Below, piece after piece: positions 51,862-64,000 of a stretch of DNA of 64,000 nt (the first letter of the stretch is position 1; each line of letters starts with the position of its first letter). The notes below the pieces were generated by a model. The model made no database searches and had not been told where the DNA came from. It was given only the letters and a program-made list of their open reading frames with translations. The stretch comes from Phoronis australis. Lineage: Eukaryota > Animalia > Phoronida. The stretch is from positions 378,192-442,191 of the forward strand of contig NMRA01000149.1 in the NCBI GenBank assembly GCA_002633005.1, read 5' to 3'. The position numbers were made by a program, and so were the translations under genes.

Positions 51862-52884
51862 ATACGGTGCACCTGCACACCTGCGTCAGCCAGAGCATGG
51901 ACGTTCTAGCCCCTACCAACAGACTCAGACTCTGCAGGACACTGTGTCAGCTACTCGCCACCAAGACCAGCAGTACCAACCAAGGCCGCAAGAACCGGCA
52001 CGCCACGAGCCAGTGCGTCAGCCTTCGTCATCCTCGCTGCGTGACCGGCCACGTTCTACTCATGATGTGGCACCGAACTCAACCAATGAGATTGACCGCC
52101 ACAGTCGTCCTCAGTCAGAGTTCTATGATCGTAGTGGTGGTCGACGTCCATCTCAAACAGACCGGTATGACCAAAGACCTTCACAGTCACCATATGGCCG
52201 TGAGGGTGACATACCACGCAGTGAGGCCAACAATCAACAGTACCAGCAACACTTCTATCAGAATGCTCCTGTCAGAACACGCGAGGTAACGCCACCTTTT
52301 GACCAGATGCGTAGACCACAGGAGGACCGTCCCAGAGTGCCTCCTTCGGTGGCACCAAAGCCTTCTGTATTGCCGAAGCCAGACAAGCCACGGGTTGCTC
52401 CTCAAGAAATCCCACGTGAAGATATTGACAACAGACAGACGCAGCAACCCTTTTTCGATCCCTCGGCAAGGCATGATGCTCCAAGGTCTCCCTACCACCC
52501 ATCAGGGTCACACCCAGGTCATTACCCAGATGATCGTTACAGAGCTACGCCTCCTAGGCAAGAGCACCTGTACGACACAGCAGCTCGCACCAACGGCTCG
52601 CCAGAGCTTCCTCCACCTCCTCCTGAACTGGCCCCGCCATCCCAGCCGGAGGACAACCCTGCTGAAGAGCTTCCACCCCCACCCCCGCCCCCTGTCCACG
52701 ATTATGTAAACTATGACCACCAAGGTCGTATTGTATCGTCAGAGCCTCCACGGTCTGACCAGCAGTGGCAGCAGCAGTATCCCCAATATGGAGGTCCGCA
52801 GTCGCGTGATCAGAGACCCTCGTACTCAGTTGGGCATCCCCAGTCAGGCCCCCAGCCACAAGAACCCTTCAGGCCTCAGAACAG
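51862..52884 (+). CDS. AFDN: Afadin large Pro-rich exon
   Basis: tttcag|(R)YGAPAHLRQ...PPSVAPKP...ELPPPPP...RPQN ag|gtgagc. 1023 nt, phase 2 to 2. Confidence 0.92.
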
Positions 52885-53272
52885 GTGAGCTGACCACGGT
52901 TACACCAATGCTTCATCTTGTTGGTGATTTTGGTATTCGTAAATCCCTTAGACATGGCAGGTTTACTTGTTTTTATCAGTACAATATAGCAGGTGGCCAT
53001 AATTTTTAAAGTCACTCTTCTGTAGTCTTTGAAATCCACTTTGGTGGAGATTATTTTTATTTCTGTGTTGTATGGTTCACCCTAATATTACAGTTTTGAA
53101 ACTGGCGCATGTACGCATTGCCTGTAACATGAGTTTCTACCTCGTTCTGGAATAATTTAAGATCAGATGAAAGTGGTAAGGTTTTTAAAACCCTAAAACG
53201 CTTCGGTTTAGAATTCAACATTTACAACTAAACGGGAGCTTTACCATCTGCACGTTTAAATCGTGATTGCAG

Positions 53273-53522
53273 TTCTCGGCTGGAATCTCAGCGTGGTGCC
53301 GTCACTCCACCGTGGCAGACTCCCGGTCAAAAGTACCCTGGCCAACCACAGCCACCGCAGCAGCTGTCGATCAACACACGTCCAACCGGTGGTCAACCAA
53401 CACCAGACAAACAGATGTCGCCTTCGCCTTGGGAGAAAGAGGAGAAGGAGCGGCAGAAGATGGCGCTAGAGTCACAGGAGACAGCCGTCAGAAATCAGTT
53501 GATAGATGAGCTACAGTCTAAG
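53273..53522 (+). CDS. AFDN: Afadin exon, start of coiled-coil region
   Basis: ttgcag|(S)SRLESQRG...MSPSPWEKEEKERQK...IDELQSK|gtgagt. Resembles vertebrate SPDPWKRDAKEK..QELQSK as recalled. Confidence 0.92.
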
Positions 53523-53784
53523 GTGAGTTTGACAAATGGATATTGGAGTCTCATGTTTAATGTTTTGAATTTGGCAACTATTTTTGTTGTTGTTTTGCTG
53601 GGCTTGCTCCATTTGCTGCGAATGCTTTTAACTTTTGGCATATTATATAATAAGCTGAAGAATTTGATCGTAGTTGTCTGGCTTGTTTCAGTCCTTCAAT
53701 GGATGTGTCGCAATGGTGATGGTGTATCACTTTTACCTTGAGTAACGTCTACTTTAAGAGCAATTTTCCTCTTCTTCCCCCCAG

Positions 53785-53928
53785 CCATACTTGTCACCTG
53801 ATGAACAGGAACGTCTTCGACGTCTGCGTCTGGACCAAGAGTTCCAGCGACGTGTGGAAGAGGTCAAGGCCAGGGGAAGTGATGACGAGGTGGTTGAGTC
53901 AGACGAGGAGATGACAGAGAGGGCCAAG
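53785..53928 (+). CDS. AFDN: Afadin exon, coiled coil
   Basis: ccccag|PYLSPDEQERLRRLRLDQEFQRRVEE...ERAK|gtagga. Confidence 0.93.
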
Positions 53929-55050
53929 GTAGGACACTGGGAGCTGGGTGAAGGAAGAGAGGCACCTGGCAGTTCATGGGTCATGCATGAGGTGTTGGTG
54001 TACAAGTTCTGGCTGTTCTCACACTTCTAGACACTGGTCTGCAGTTAACAAATTGTCATCACATTTGTTTGTCGAATGTTTTTCCAGCTCAATGTCACAA
54101 CACAAACTGTCACTGATTTCTACAGTTTGTCCTGACTACTTACTGCATTGAAGTAAAAAACAAAAATTGTCTGAAAATTCGCAGCTGTAGTTGATGTTTT
54201 TCATATTGCCCTGATTGAAGTTTATGTTCTTTCTCACTCAAGGTTTCTCTCATAATTGTGGTGTACACTATGAGTTACCCTTGAACAAGGTGCTCATGGA
54301 ATGAGTTGTTGTTTGATTTAGTAATAGTGCTTTTGATGCTATTTGGACTGGATCATAGCAGTAGTGTAAAAGATACATGTGCTGGGGCAACTTGACACGT
54401 GTGTGACAAATTAATCCCAACTTAATAAGGTTGGGTAACTTGTTTTAGAGTAACTCGCCCCTGGACAAATAGCGTGGACGCAAACCTGCTGACGTGGCAG
54501 AAGTAATTACCAGCTGTGCCCTTGCTCACTTACGTGTACACGGATGTCTATTCCTCTTTGTGCCATATTTGTTGCATGGTGTAGGGTGTGTAGTATGGAC
54601 GCTTGGCTAAATGGGGGCATGTTGTTCTTGGAGAACTCATAGTGTGGACATGACTAGTCCAGGATGTGGTTATTTATGCTCTTGTCATATTGTTCTCACG
54701 GCTGCTGTTGCTTATCATGCTCACTTTCTGTCTCCTTGTGTTCTTATTTGATTGTTGTCGGCTAGAAATCATTTCTTTGCACCTGCCATAGATCCTTCCT
54801 GTATGTTTTGTTTTATTTTTATCTCCACTGGCTTATCAACTAAGTAGATTCACCTTCTGTCAAACTTTGCAATTGTGTGTCTTTGAGTGTGCTTTAAGAT
54901 GTTAGAATTCCATGATTCTCTTTTCCTGTGTTGTTTTTAAATACCATGCAGCACCCTCCTTGAAAACCAAGGTTTATGTTTTGGGTAGAACCTTTTGTTT
55001 TTTTTGTTTTGTTTTTTTTTTAATCCATTCCTAATTACACATGGTAAAAC

Positions 55051-55215
55051 CTTGATCCATATAGAGTTCTTTGCTTGATCCATATAGAGTTCTTTGCTTG
55101 ATCCATATAGAGTTCTTTGCTTGATCCATATAGAGTTCTTTGCTTGATCCATATAGAGTTCTTTGCTTGATCCATATAGAGTTCTTTGCTTGATCCATAT
55201 AGAGTTCTTTGCTTG
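55051..55215. repeat. 23-bp minisatellite x7 (CTTGATCCATATAGAGTTCTTTG)
   Basis: Seven identical copies with no spacers. Confidence 0.95.
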
Positions 55216-55993
55216 TTTCAATAAGAGGATTCGTCAGCACTTATTTGTTCCATCCTAAGTTCCATCTTAATTTGGTGCATGGGACAAGAAAAAAAAAATT
55301 GTGACATTTGTGTCTTTTTTTTCAAGTGGTGATGCAGATTAATAGAATCATTTTTAAGATTCAGTTTGTTGTGTATAATTAACTGTTTTGCCAACGACTG
55401 TTCATGTAACCATTTTGTATGTTAACCTCACATGTAGTCTGCTGTTTTGCTATTCTACCGTGTTTTGCTGTGCCTTAGTCCTTGCTTCGCGTGTCTACTT
55501 CAAACCCCCTGATGCCCAGCTCCCAAAGTTACCAGCTTTCCCTGTTGGTGTGGTTTAGACTTTAAGCCTTCTCTATTCAATGTTTGTCTGCTTTTCTATC
55601 AATTTGTATGGATTTTAATAGTATCCATTCTATTGTGGTTCATGACCATCTTGAACTGGGCAGTCGTTTTAGATCTGAACTGAAATTTTTTGGCAACAGT
55701 AGCCAAGTTTTGTCTTTATCTGCGATGTGAAGTGCATTTTGGTGAGTGGTTACACCTTTGCAATTTCCCATTTTTGGCCCAAGTCCTTGGAACATACTGT
55801 CTGTTGTGTAAGGCTGTTGGGGTTATTTTCACAATACTATTGGGTAATTGGACTTTGACTAACAGGCGGGATAGAGCTAACCAATCGCACGGGTGAAGCA
55901 GAATGGTCACGTCTTGGCAAGGAATGAGGACACGCATATCTGACGTGTCTAATCCTTGTTTTAACTCTTTCTCGCCACTGTGTATTTCAATAG

Positions 55994-56130
55994 GCTGTTT
56001 TTAACCAGGGCCGCACTGCACTGCTACACATGATGACAGAAGATCTGGAGAGGTCCAAACAGAGGCTGGCCGAGAGTGATGCTCAGAGGAAACGTGATGA
56101 GGAACAAGGAGAGCGGGAACGACAGCAGAC
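55994..56130 (+). CDS. AFDN: Afadin exon, coiled coil (alternative in-frame acceptor at 56009)
   Basis: caatag|AVFNQ(ccag|)GRTALLHMMTEDLERSKQRL...ERQQ ac|gtgagt. Confidence 0.85.
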
Positions 56131-56999
56131 GTGAGTAGGGGTCATGTGACTAAGGAGTCATTCAGTAAACCAAGTTTTGTTCTTGCCACAGTCACTTGCA
56201 CTATTACTGATAAAGACTTAGTTACCATGTTTAATACAGCATCAAATATAATGTAAGGCATATCACTATATGAGAACAGTAATTCATTGGATTGCCATTT
56301 AATGCGTAATATTGACATGGAAGTAAATGACGTATTGAAATTACGTACAGCCTGAAATTGATTTGCAGGATAAATTAAGTTCACACTTAATCACATATTG
56401 TGTTTATAAACTGTACAGTATTTTAAATGCACTTAAGCAGTCTTGTCACTGTCACTGATTTTGATCTAGTTTATGAGTGTTGTTTTCTGTTTGTCTCAAG
56501 TTTCATTTCATTTAAACATTGGAAGTGTTAATTAGTACAAGTATTCAAGGCCATGGGCCCAAAGTGCAATTACAGCAATTAAAGTTATAATACTGTACAA
56601 ACTTTTATTTATGTAATGATGATCTCTTACAAAATGAACGGTAAATGAAACTAATAACACCTTTGTCTTTCATTAAACTATTGAATGTGTTCATACTGGG
56701 ACTGCAACAATGGTTATGATTGTTATGATCTTTATGGAAATGCCACAATTCACGTTCATGGTTTGTTGCTTTATCTCTTAACTTGACATATAATCCCATA
56801 CCTTTTCTTACAATTCTTGTCATCTGCTCAAGTTAGGAACAGGGTATTTGGTCCAGATCTCATTCTCGTGAAGTTTGACTTGAGAACAACTTACTACAGT
56901 GGGTGTGCTCTTGTAATACTGGCTCCAGGTTTGCCTGGTATATTTGTTGTATTCATTGAGAATTATGCATTCAGTTGCTTCAATACTTGGTACTTGTAG

Positions 57000-57114
57000 A
57001 CAAGACCGCATCCTGCAGCAGCTGGAGCAGCAGCGAAATGAGGAGAAGATGAGAAATCAGATGAGACAGGAGAAGAAACAGAGGGAACATGAGGAGTGGT
57101 TACGCAAGCAGAGG
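57000..57114 (+). CDS. AFDN: Afadin exon, coiled coil
   Basis: ttgtag|(T)QDRILQQLEQQRNEEKMR...WLRKQR|gtaggt. Phase 2 to 0. Confidence 0.88.
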
Positions 57115-57396
57115 GTAGGTGGCGCTTTAGGCAGTCTCTGAGAAGCCAAGTTAAAATGTATTCACTTTCTACTTTAGAGCCCTTAAGACTGAGGAGTCAG
57201 TGGAAGCATGCAAATTAGAGAAGCTTGATAAAAATGAATACATTTTAATTAGCAACATGACCAAAGAGCATGAGGGCTCTGTCCTTTGATAGTTTTGTAA
57301 TCCATTTTGTATTCACGTGTCATTTTGCCCTAAACCCTGGAAATCTTGCATCTGCGTAGCTGCTTATCAATATTTATTCATGCCACATGTGATATT

Positions 57397-58645
57397 TTGT
57401 GATTCTTCAAAGTCGTCTTGACACAAGAAGTGTTGTCGGTTTGTACAACTTGAGTAAGGGCATGTCGCTAGCTTCACCAACCATCGTCTGCTTCATAGTG
57501 CAGCTGCACTCTAAGCTGCAGATGTTAACACACTGGCTGAGTGTGCCAATGCATGAGCTGTCTGCCCCAACCTCAAATCCGGAGTGTTTTAGCACCTTTC
57601 AAACAGCTCCGATTTTCATTCGAAAACAACAACTATTTGTATGAAATTAATTTACTTGAAATCCTTGCTGTATGCGTAACCCACATTTTTAAAACAACAT
57701 TTTTTGCGAAAAGGGGCACAGTTAACCTCAAAGCAATACTTGTTGTTCAACACTGCGCAACTACTCTATCATGCTGCAGATTGTAGCTTTATATTTATTT
57801 CTATAACGGAAAGTTAATCCCAAAGTAATTCTTTTCACCAAATAACTTTCTGAAAAATGTTTTGAATTGGTTTTAACAGTAATTGATAAGGTTACTAACT
57901 TTCAAGTAAAAATCAAATCAATGTAGCAATTAAATGAAGTGTTGAATCTACTCTTTAACCCATTTAGTCCCATAGAATTCTAATTTCTGCTTTGACAGCG
58001 TAACACTGGTCAATCAGTAANTTGTGATTCTTCAAAGTCGTCTTGACACAAGAAGTGTTGTCGATTTGTACAACTTGAGTAAGGGCATGGCGCTAGCTTC
58101 ACCAACCATTGTCTGCTTCATAGTGCAGCCGCACTCTAAGCTGCAGATGTTAACACACTGGCTGAGTGTGCCAATGCATGAGCTGTCTGCCCCAACCTCA
58201 AACCCGGAGTGTTTTAGCACCTTTCAAACAGCTCCGATTTTCATTCGAAAACAACAACTATTTGTATGAAATTAAATTACTTGAAATCCTTGCTGTATGC
58301 GTAACCCACATTTTTAAAACAACATTTTTTGCGAAAAGGGGCACAGTTAACCTCAAAGCAATACTTGTTGTTCAACACTGCGCAACTACTCTATCATGCT
58401 GCAGATTGTAGCTTTATATTTATTTCTATAACGGAAAGTTAATCCCAAAGTAATTCTTTTCACCAAATAACTTTCTGAAAAATGTTTTGAATTGGTTTTA
58501 ACAGTAATTGATAAGGTTACTAACTTTCAAGTAAAAATCAAATCAATGTAGCAATTAAATGAAGTGTTGAATCTACTCTTTAACCCATTTAGTCCCATAG
58601 AATTCTAATTTCTGCTTTGACAGCGTAACACTGGTCAATCAGTAA
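57397..58645. repeat. 624-bp tandem duplication separated by a single N (probable assembly artefact)
   Basis: 57397-58020 and 58022-58645 are near-identical (about 6 substitutions seen), with n at 58021. Confidence 0.92.
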
Positions 58646-58707
58646 TAATAGCATGTTAGCCACCCATGCATGACATAGTGTACTCATTGACCCCTTATCT
58701 CACCCAG

Positions 58708-58785
58708 GCCGCTGGTGCTAAGCCCGAGGAGCGACCAAGATTGCCAAGCTCTGAGAAGGAACGACTACGACAGAGGCTAGAAGAG
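58708..58785 (+). CDS. AFDN: Afadin small exon (symmetric phase 0)
   Basis: acccag|AAGAKPEERPRLPSSEKERLRQRLEE|gttagc. Confidence 0.78.
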
Positions 58786-59975
58786 GTTAGCATGCGTGTT
58801 GTTGCTGCGTACAATAGTTGTCTTGTTGATGCAATTAATTGCCACAAGTGGCCCGTGTTGGTTGTTTCAGTTTAGCATAACATTTAGAATAGGCTTTGGA
58901 AAAGCAACTTTTTCAATTTTGTCTTAGTATAGTGCATTAGATTTTACTGTGAATAAGACTGCTGGCGAACTTGTGGGTTTTAGTTTTGCATTCTTTATGA
59001 TTTCGATAACAGGGGAATGTTGTTAGAGCAAGAGAAAGTAAGTCATCAATTCATAAACAAATTTGATCAATAGAAATGATATTGTTGAAATGCCCTGATT
59101 AAATGTTCACACTGTGATACAAATGTATTGTGATCATTCTTCACTACTTTAAGTTGACACAATGTTCTGACTGTCATCCATTGTGGCCAGCGACGTCTTA
59201 AGTCAACATATTTTTTAGAAGAACAGGATACACCTTGTCAAATCGTGTTTTGGCACTCTTTTCTTTTAAAGTTTCATCCTTGGGACTCTGAACACTAGGT
59301 TAACTGAAACTTTGCACAAGATAGTTTTATCCTGATGTGTTTAATCCCTGTTGAAGACATTTGAAGATGACTCATGTGGTAACAAAATGAATCACCCTTC
59401 ATTATTTGGTTGCTATTCGCCTGGGGCCCAATTCATCGAAGGTCATAAGGTCACTCTTGGCTACGACAGTAGTAACTTTCCATTGACATGGCTCGTGAAA
59501 GTGGCCATTGAGTCCAAATGTAAAAAAATCCTTACAGTAGTTGCAATGTTTTTGCTCTCCTAAAGGGTGCAGTACTGCATGTGCAATAGTGCACCTACAA
59601 CCGTCTTATCTACGACAGGACTTGCGGTCATTAATAACATGTTCCTCTCGTGTCATGACTGCAGTTTTATTATTTCCATTACGTCAGTCTATTATTGGGT
59701 TTGTAGAATTAGAAGTGCACGAGTTTGTCTGTTTGTTGAACTGAAGATAAGTTTTTCTGCTAATTGTCCTTTGCTACAAATGGGCATGCATGGTCCAGTT
59801 TTGAATGACCAAATTCCTGATCATTAATCAAGTGGTAGTGAACCGGTAGTTGATTTAATGGTCTTTTTATCACAAGGACAACACAAATAGTACTTATTGC
59901 ATATTCTTTCACTAGTTCAGTATACATTCATTGTTAGTCTGTGTGACATACAGATGTCGCTGCTGTCTATTTTAG

Positions 59976-60041
59976 CACATCAACTACAGTGGGCGGGCCT
60001 ATTCCCCGCCCCCTGACAACAATCGCCTTCAACAAGCACAG
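59976..60041 (+). CDS. AFDN: Afadin small exon (symmetric phase 0, likely cassette)
   Basis: ttttag|HINYSGRAYSPPPDNNRLQQAQ|gtgaac. GC-rich island in an AT-rich intron. Confidence 0.65.
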
Positions 60042-61133
60042 GTGAACTGTCCGACACTGTCACTCTGTGCTTAGAGTCTGCTCTTCTGACATTAAGTTAT
60101 CTTTTCTTGTATGACTGTGTCTTTGGTGATGGAACGATGTGATCGTGTTTCTTTAAAACTGCATATTGTAGTCTGATCAAAAAGATACTACAAACCTTCA
60201 GAATCTATTTCTATTCTCGGAAAAATTGTGCTGATGAGATGAGAACACTGTTTTGTATGGAGTTGGAATGGAAAATCAAAGAAGTGAATTCACGATTAGC
60301 AAGCTCAGGAGATGAATATTGATAGCAATTTCTTGGTTTCATATTTTCTTTTTATTTGATGTTGTGGCCAGTATTTAAGAGTTTGTGTGTTGTAAGCATG
60401 GACAGAGAACTTGTATGTGTGCAAAATATCCATGGTTTAATGCCCTATTAACTATATTGAGCAGCTGCATTGCCTTAATATTTACTTCAACTTACATAAT
60501 AACCAGCTGATGCCAGTAGTGCAGTCAATGAATGATATCACTTAACATATTAATTCACTTTGTGGCTTAACCCAGCTTAGTTTAACCTGTATAATGCATT
60601 TCTCGCTAGCAAATTAAAACATTTGGGTAGAAGTTGAATGGGTTTTGTAGTGTTGAAATCAAATAGCATTTTTGTGCAGATAGCTCATGAGTTTAAACCT
60701 TAATGGCTACATAATGATACATTATTATTTATAAATCGTTAAGCTTCAAGTGATGTATAATAAGAGGTAACATAATTAAAATACCCTGTTACAATGTTTA
60801 AGGATTGTACTGTGTCATCTATATTGCACTAAAATTTGGCAAATGCAGTGTTGCATTAGTTGCATGAAATTTGAACTTGCAGAATTTGTTTTAAAACACT
60901 TTCAAACTGAACTCTCTGAATTTCTAAATGGACCAATTGATATCAAAAATTTGATTTCTAAACATTTATAGACTTTTTTTAAGGAAATTATTCATCAAGC
61001 TTCATTCTAGTGTTGTTGTTATATAAGTAACAGTAATAATCTAATAGTATCAATCAATATTAATATCATTATTAACTGCAATTTCTGATAAGTAGCTCGT
61101 GTGTTTCAACTTTTGTTTGTTTGTGTCGCCCAG

Positions 61134-61247
61134 GAACTGCGTGAGAAGCAGCGCCGAGAACAGGAAGAACACAAACGTATAGAAATGAGAGAAGAGGAGA
61201 AGTTACGCACACGACGGGAGGAGGAAGTCCGGCTTAAACGTGAACAG
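61134..61247 (+). CDS. AFDN: Afadin exon, E/R/K-rich coiled coil
   Basis: gcccag|ELREKQRREQEEHKRIEMREEEKLR...KREQ|gtaggt. Confidence 0.9.
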
Positions 61248-61835
61248 GTAGGTCTGGCCGTGATCTACAGTACAAAACAAAAGTATTCAGACAAAAGCTC
61301 CATGTGATCATCATCAGAGTAGTCTCCCCTGATGACTGAGAATGAAGGGGAGTTAACAGGAAAGTTAATAACATGATTAAGCCTTCTGTAATTTATAAAT
61401 TTGCTCCCATAATGGGTATTTCCAGCCATTTTTGTTGTTAACAGAATTATAGTGTTCTGATGGGGGAAAACAGTATCTTGTCTGATTTCTTTTGTCTTGT
61501 ACTGTAATCATGACTGGCTGTACGATTAGTCTTTATGGTTGGCATGTTGTTATAGGAAGTACCTTAAGAGATGGAAGATATAGAAGGCAGAGAACATTAC
61601 ATGCCTGGTAAAATGAGGGGCACACAAAAAATTAAACATTCAGTTAAGATGTTACGCAAACGATGGACACAAGACAGTGAAGAATTGTTCGCATTTATTA
61701 TGGCGTATGTCCATCTCCCACACTGCGGCTAAGCGAGGGAATATTGAAAAAACTCAGACGACGTCCTTTTCATGGCTAGCAAATAGTGTATAGGTATTTT
61801 GTGCCCAAACTGTGGTTCGCACTTGCCTCCATGAA

Positions 61836-61991
61836 CAGTGTTCAAACTTCAGCACATACATGTGCTGGCCCGCTGAGCCAGTTAATCTGAAAATTTACTG
61901 GCCCAGGTGCCAAGTTAGCTTTCAAAAGTTATTGGCTCACCGCAAATCCACAGACCCCGGGGCACCGGGCCAGTGCGCATTTCGAACGCTG
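61836..61991. mobile_element. hAT-type MITE, 156 bp, with perfect 8-bp TSD
   Basis: TSD TCCATGAA at 61828-61835 and 61992-61999. TIRs cagtgttcaaa / reverse complement cagcgttcgaaa. Internal ctggccc/gggccag inverted motifs. Confidence 0.85.
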
Positions 61992-62058
61992 TCCATGAAT
62001 CCTATTTTTAATGTGATGCTTTTGGTAAGTGTTTTGCATTCATATCATATTTTTATAG

Positions 62059-62784
62059 GAACGTCAACAGTTGCGTGAGATGGAGGCTGTGCGCGATGCT
62101 GAGGAACGCGCCATCCGTGAAGATATGCGTCGCAAGGAGGAGCAGTCTCGGCAGCTGTATCAGTATCACACGTATCAAAATATTGACAACAAGGGAAGCA
62201 TAGCTCCACCCCCTCCTGAACGCAAATCTTCATATGACCTTGTCAATCAACATGGCTATCGTGCTGGTCCAACATCCCCGTCTTCATCGACCCTTCCAAG
62301 ACCAGATCCATCAAAAAAGAGTGTATCGTTCAATGCCGCTGTAGATCCAGACTCTGCTGTGTACAACAATGTACCCCCCACTGGCCAACAACCAGGTCAA
62401 CCGCAGCCGTATAATTACATGGCCACCAATAACAACAACACAGACTCGCGCTATGAGTTTAAAGGTCAGTCAGCCCCTCCTCCAGGGCCGCAGACAGCTC
62501 CCTCTAAGGACAGGTTTGAGTCTCCAAGCTCCCAGCAGGTCAATGTCCAGTACACAACTTCATCAACGCCTGGGGTGATTGGTGCTCAGGAGATTTATCG
62601 CGACCCGCGGATGCGTATTGAGGCTCGACGGAGGTCAGAGAACAAACCAGAGCAGGTTGAGAAAATGTCATTCAAGGACAAAATGAAATTGTTTGCACAG
62701 GAGGCAGGTGAGGGTACTCCTAAGGAAAGACCAAAAAGTTCAAGTCTACAGCGAGCAATCGAGTACTCACTAAATGGTCAGTAA
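62059..62784 (+). CDS. AFDN: Afadin terminal coding exon (C-terminal/F-actin-binding region)
   Basis: ttatag|ERQQLREME...APPPPERKSSY...TPGVIGAQEIYRDPR...EKMSFKDKMKLF...SLNGQ-TAA. Confidence 0.95.
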   Translation, partial: ERQQLREMEAVRDAEERAIREDMRRKEEQSRQLYQYHTYQNIDNKGSIAPPPPERKSSYDLVNQHGYRAGPTSPSSSTLPRPDPSKKSVSFNAAVDPDSAVYNNVPPTGQQPGQPQPYNYMATNNNNTDSRYEFKGQSAPPPGPQTAPSKDRFESPSSQQVNVQYTTSSTPGVIGAQEIYRDPRMRIEARRRSENKPEQVEKMSFKDKMKLFAQEAGEGTPKERPKSSSLQRAIEYSLNGQ

Positions 62785-64000
62785 TGCTGCATCTAATATT
62801 CAGTGATTGTCCAGTGAAAGAGATCACTGGATGGGCAGCAAAGTGTTAAATCATTTAACACTCCAAAGGAATGGTTACCTGTCCATTGCAAGTTCATGAG
62901 CAAGCAATTGCTCTGTATAACGAAAGCAATAACAATTGATTCTTCAGAAAAATCAAACACGTGGACATTATTGGGATAGGAGAGCTATGAACTTTGATTA
63001 TTGATACAACTTTTATGCATCTTAGCTGTTTTGGTAATTGTGGTGCAGTGTCATCGTAAGCTATGCAAGATGTTCTTTGAATGTTTTTATTTTGTCATTT
63101 AACCAGTTTTAGCATGACTGTAGCTGATTTTATGGTATTCATCGTTTTTGTCATTTTGGTATTAAAACATGTAGAGCAGCTGTGTTGAATTATTTTGGTT
63201 TATTTTGAACTATAGAGGTTTGTGTGTTAAGGGCACTGAAAAGCAATGTGTTAGTTATGGATCACTCGTAAGCTACAGTGGTTATGGCATTGTATGTCAG
63301 TGGTCAGATCTGGTTGTAAAGGCATTGTTATGTAGGTCGGTGGTCAGATCTGGTGGTTACAGAAAGGTGGTCTAGATCAGTTGTCAGGTGTGGTGGTTAT
63401 GACGTGATATTCATGAGTGGTCAGATCTTTTACATCCTGCATATGCCCTTCAAAATGTCTTTACTTGTTCATGCTGTTGGTTTTGTCGTGTTTCCGTGAC
63501 AGATTGCCCTGTCTGAATGTTTAGTCTAACAAGTATATTTTGCTTTTAACTTTTAAAACATGAAGCGAAGTGAACAGTTACAACCATATATGTGCTTCTC
63601 GTTTCAAAGTCTTCTAGCAAAATTGGCAGCTCTGGAGCATGTTGCTGCTTAGCTTGTGTTAAATTTAAACCCTGTTCCCATTCGTACATATCAATGATGA
63701 ATTGTGTCCAGAATGCCTGTTAATTGTTATTATTGAGAGTCCAGCATGAATTATTACATTGTATGTTATGTTATCTTATGTTACATTTATTGTAATTGGT
63801 CAAATAGATGTTGACTTAAACGTTCATATGTAAATTCATTTAACTAACTTTGGTGGTACTGTTTTCATTTTTGGAAGTCAACGTGGGTCAGTGAACAGTT
63901 TTTAAGAAAATTGCACTGTAGGATTTTTGTATCATGTGAACACCTGAGTGTTAAATTGTGTAAGCGGTATTTTTGTATTTTATCTACTTTCTAAATTATA

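Larger units (their letters stand above)
2042..62784 (+). other. AFDN: Afadin (AF-6/canoe) gene span, 5'-partial; 28 core coding exons traced plus candidate alternative exons
   Basis: Diagnostic afadin peptides occur in the expected order: GGTLKIYGESL..PYKTLLLS (RA2), FHA, AMSLLRRCRVNAALTIQLFSQLFHFINMWLFN (Dilute), GMGLSIVAAK-like/GIYVKSVV/DGRLQAGDQLL (PDZ), KQGAIYHGLATLLSQPSP, and C-terminal TPGVIGAQEIYRDPR/EKMSFKDKMKLF. Exon phases chain without a frameshift. Confidence 0.97.

Noticed and set aside
54937-55240. Repetitive minus-strand ORFs / CRISPR-like regular repeat
   Set aside because: Head-to-tail 23-bp minisatellite with no spacers, in a eukaryotic intron with no cas genes. The same applies to the 28-bp array at 16606-16773.
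57399-58411. Duplicated 81-aa ORFs
   Set aside because: Intronic non-coding sequence duplicated across the assembly N.
63161-63166. ATTAAA as the polyadenylation signal
   Set aside because: Variant hexamer in an AT-rich 3' region; cannot be assigned without 3'-end data.

Overview
Eukaryotic (metazoan, probably invertebrate) genomic DNA. It is almost entirely occupied by the middle and 3' part of one intron-rich + strand gene, the adherens-junction scaffold afadin (AFDN/AF-6/canoe). The 5' exons (RA1) lie upstream of the window. I traced 28 GT-AG exons by hand from 2042 to the stop at 62784 (5756 nt, ~1918 aa, splice phases consistent). The domain order is RA2, FHA, Dilute, PDZ, Pro/Gln-rich region, coiled coil, then the afadin C-terminal motifs. 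The most interesting signals are non-canonical coding modules hidden in the introns. (1) A 45-codon candidate alternative first exon (17264-17398) carries a PP1-docking RVxF-type motif and would splice in frame directly onto the PDZ, giving a neurabin/spinophilin-like RVxF+PDZ isoform. (2) A 523-codon phase-0 exon (28596-30164) sits inside the 20-kb intron that splits the PDZ domain. (3) A 1170-codon phase-1 giant cassette exon (46098-49607) is built from two repeated helical motifs with basophilic-kinase sites. The introns also contain MITEs, Helentron-like elements, minisatellites and a probable 624-bp assembly duplication across an N. All splice models are inferred from sequence only, with no expression data.
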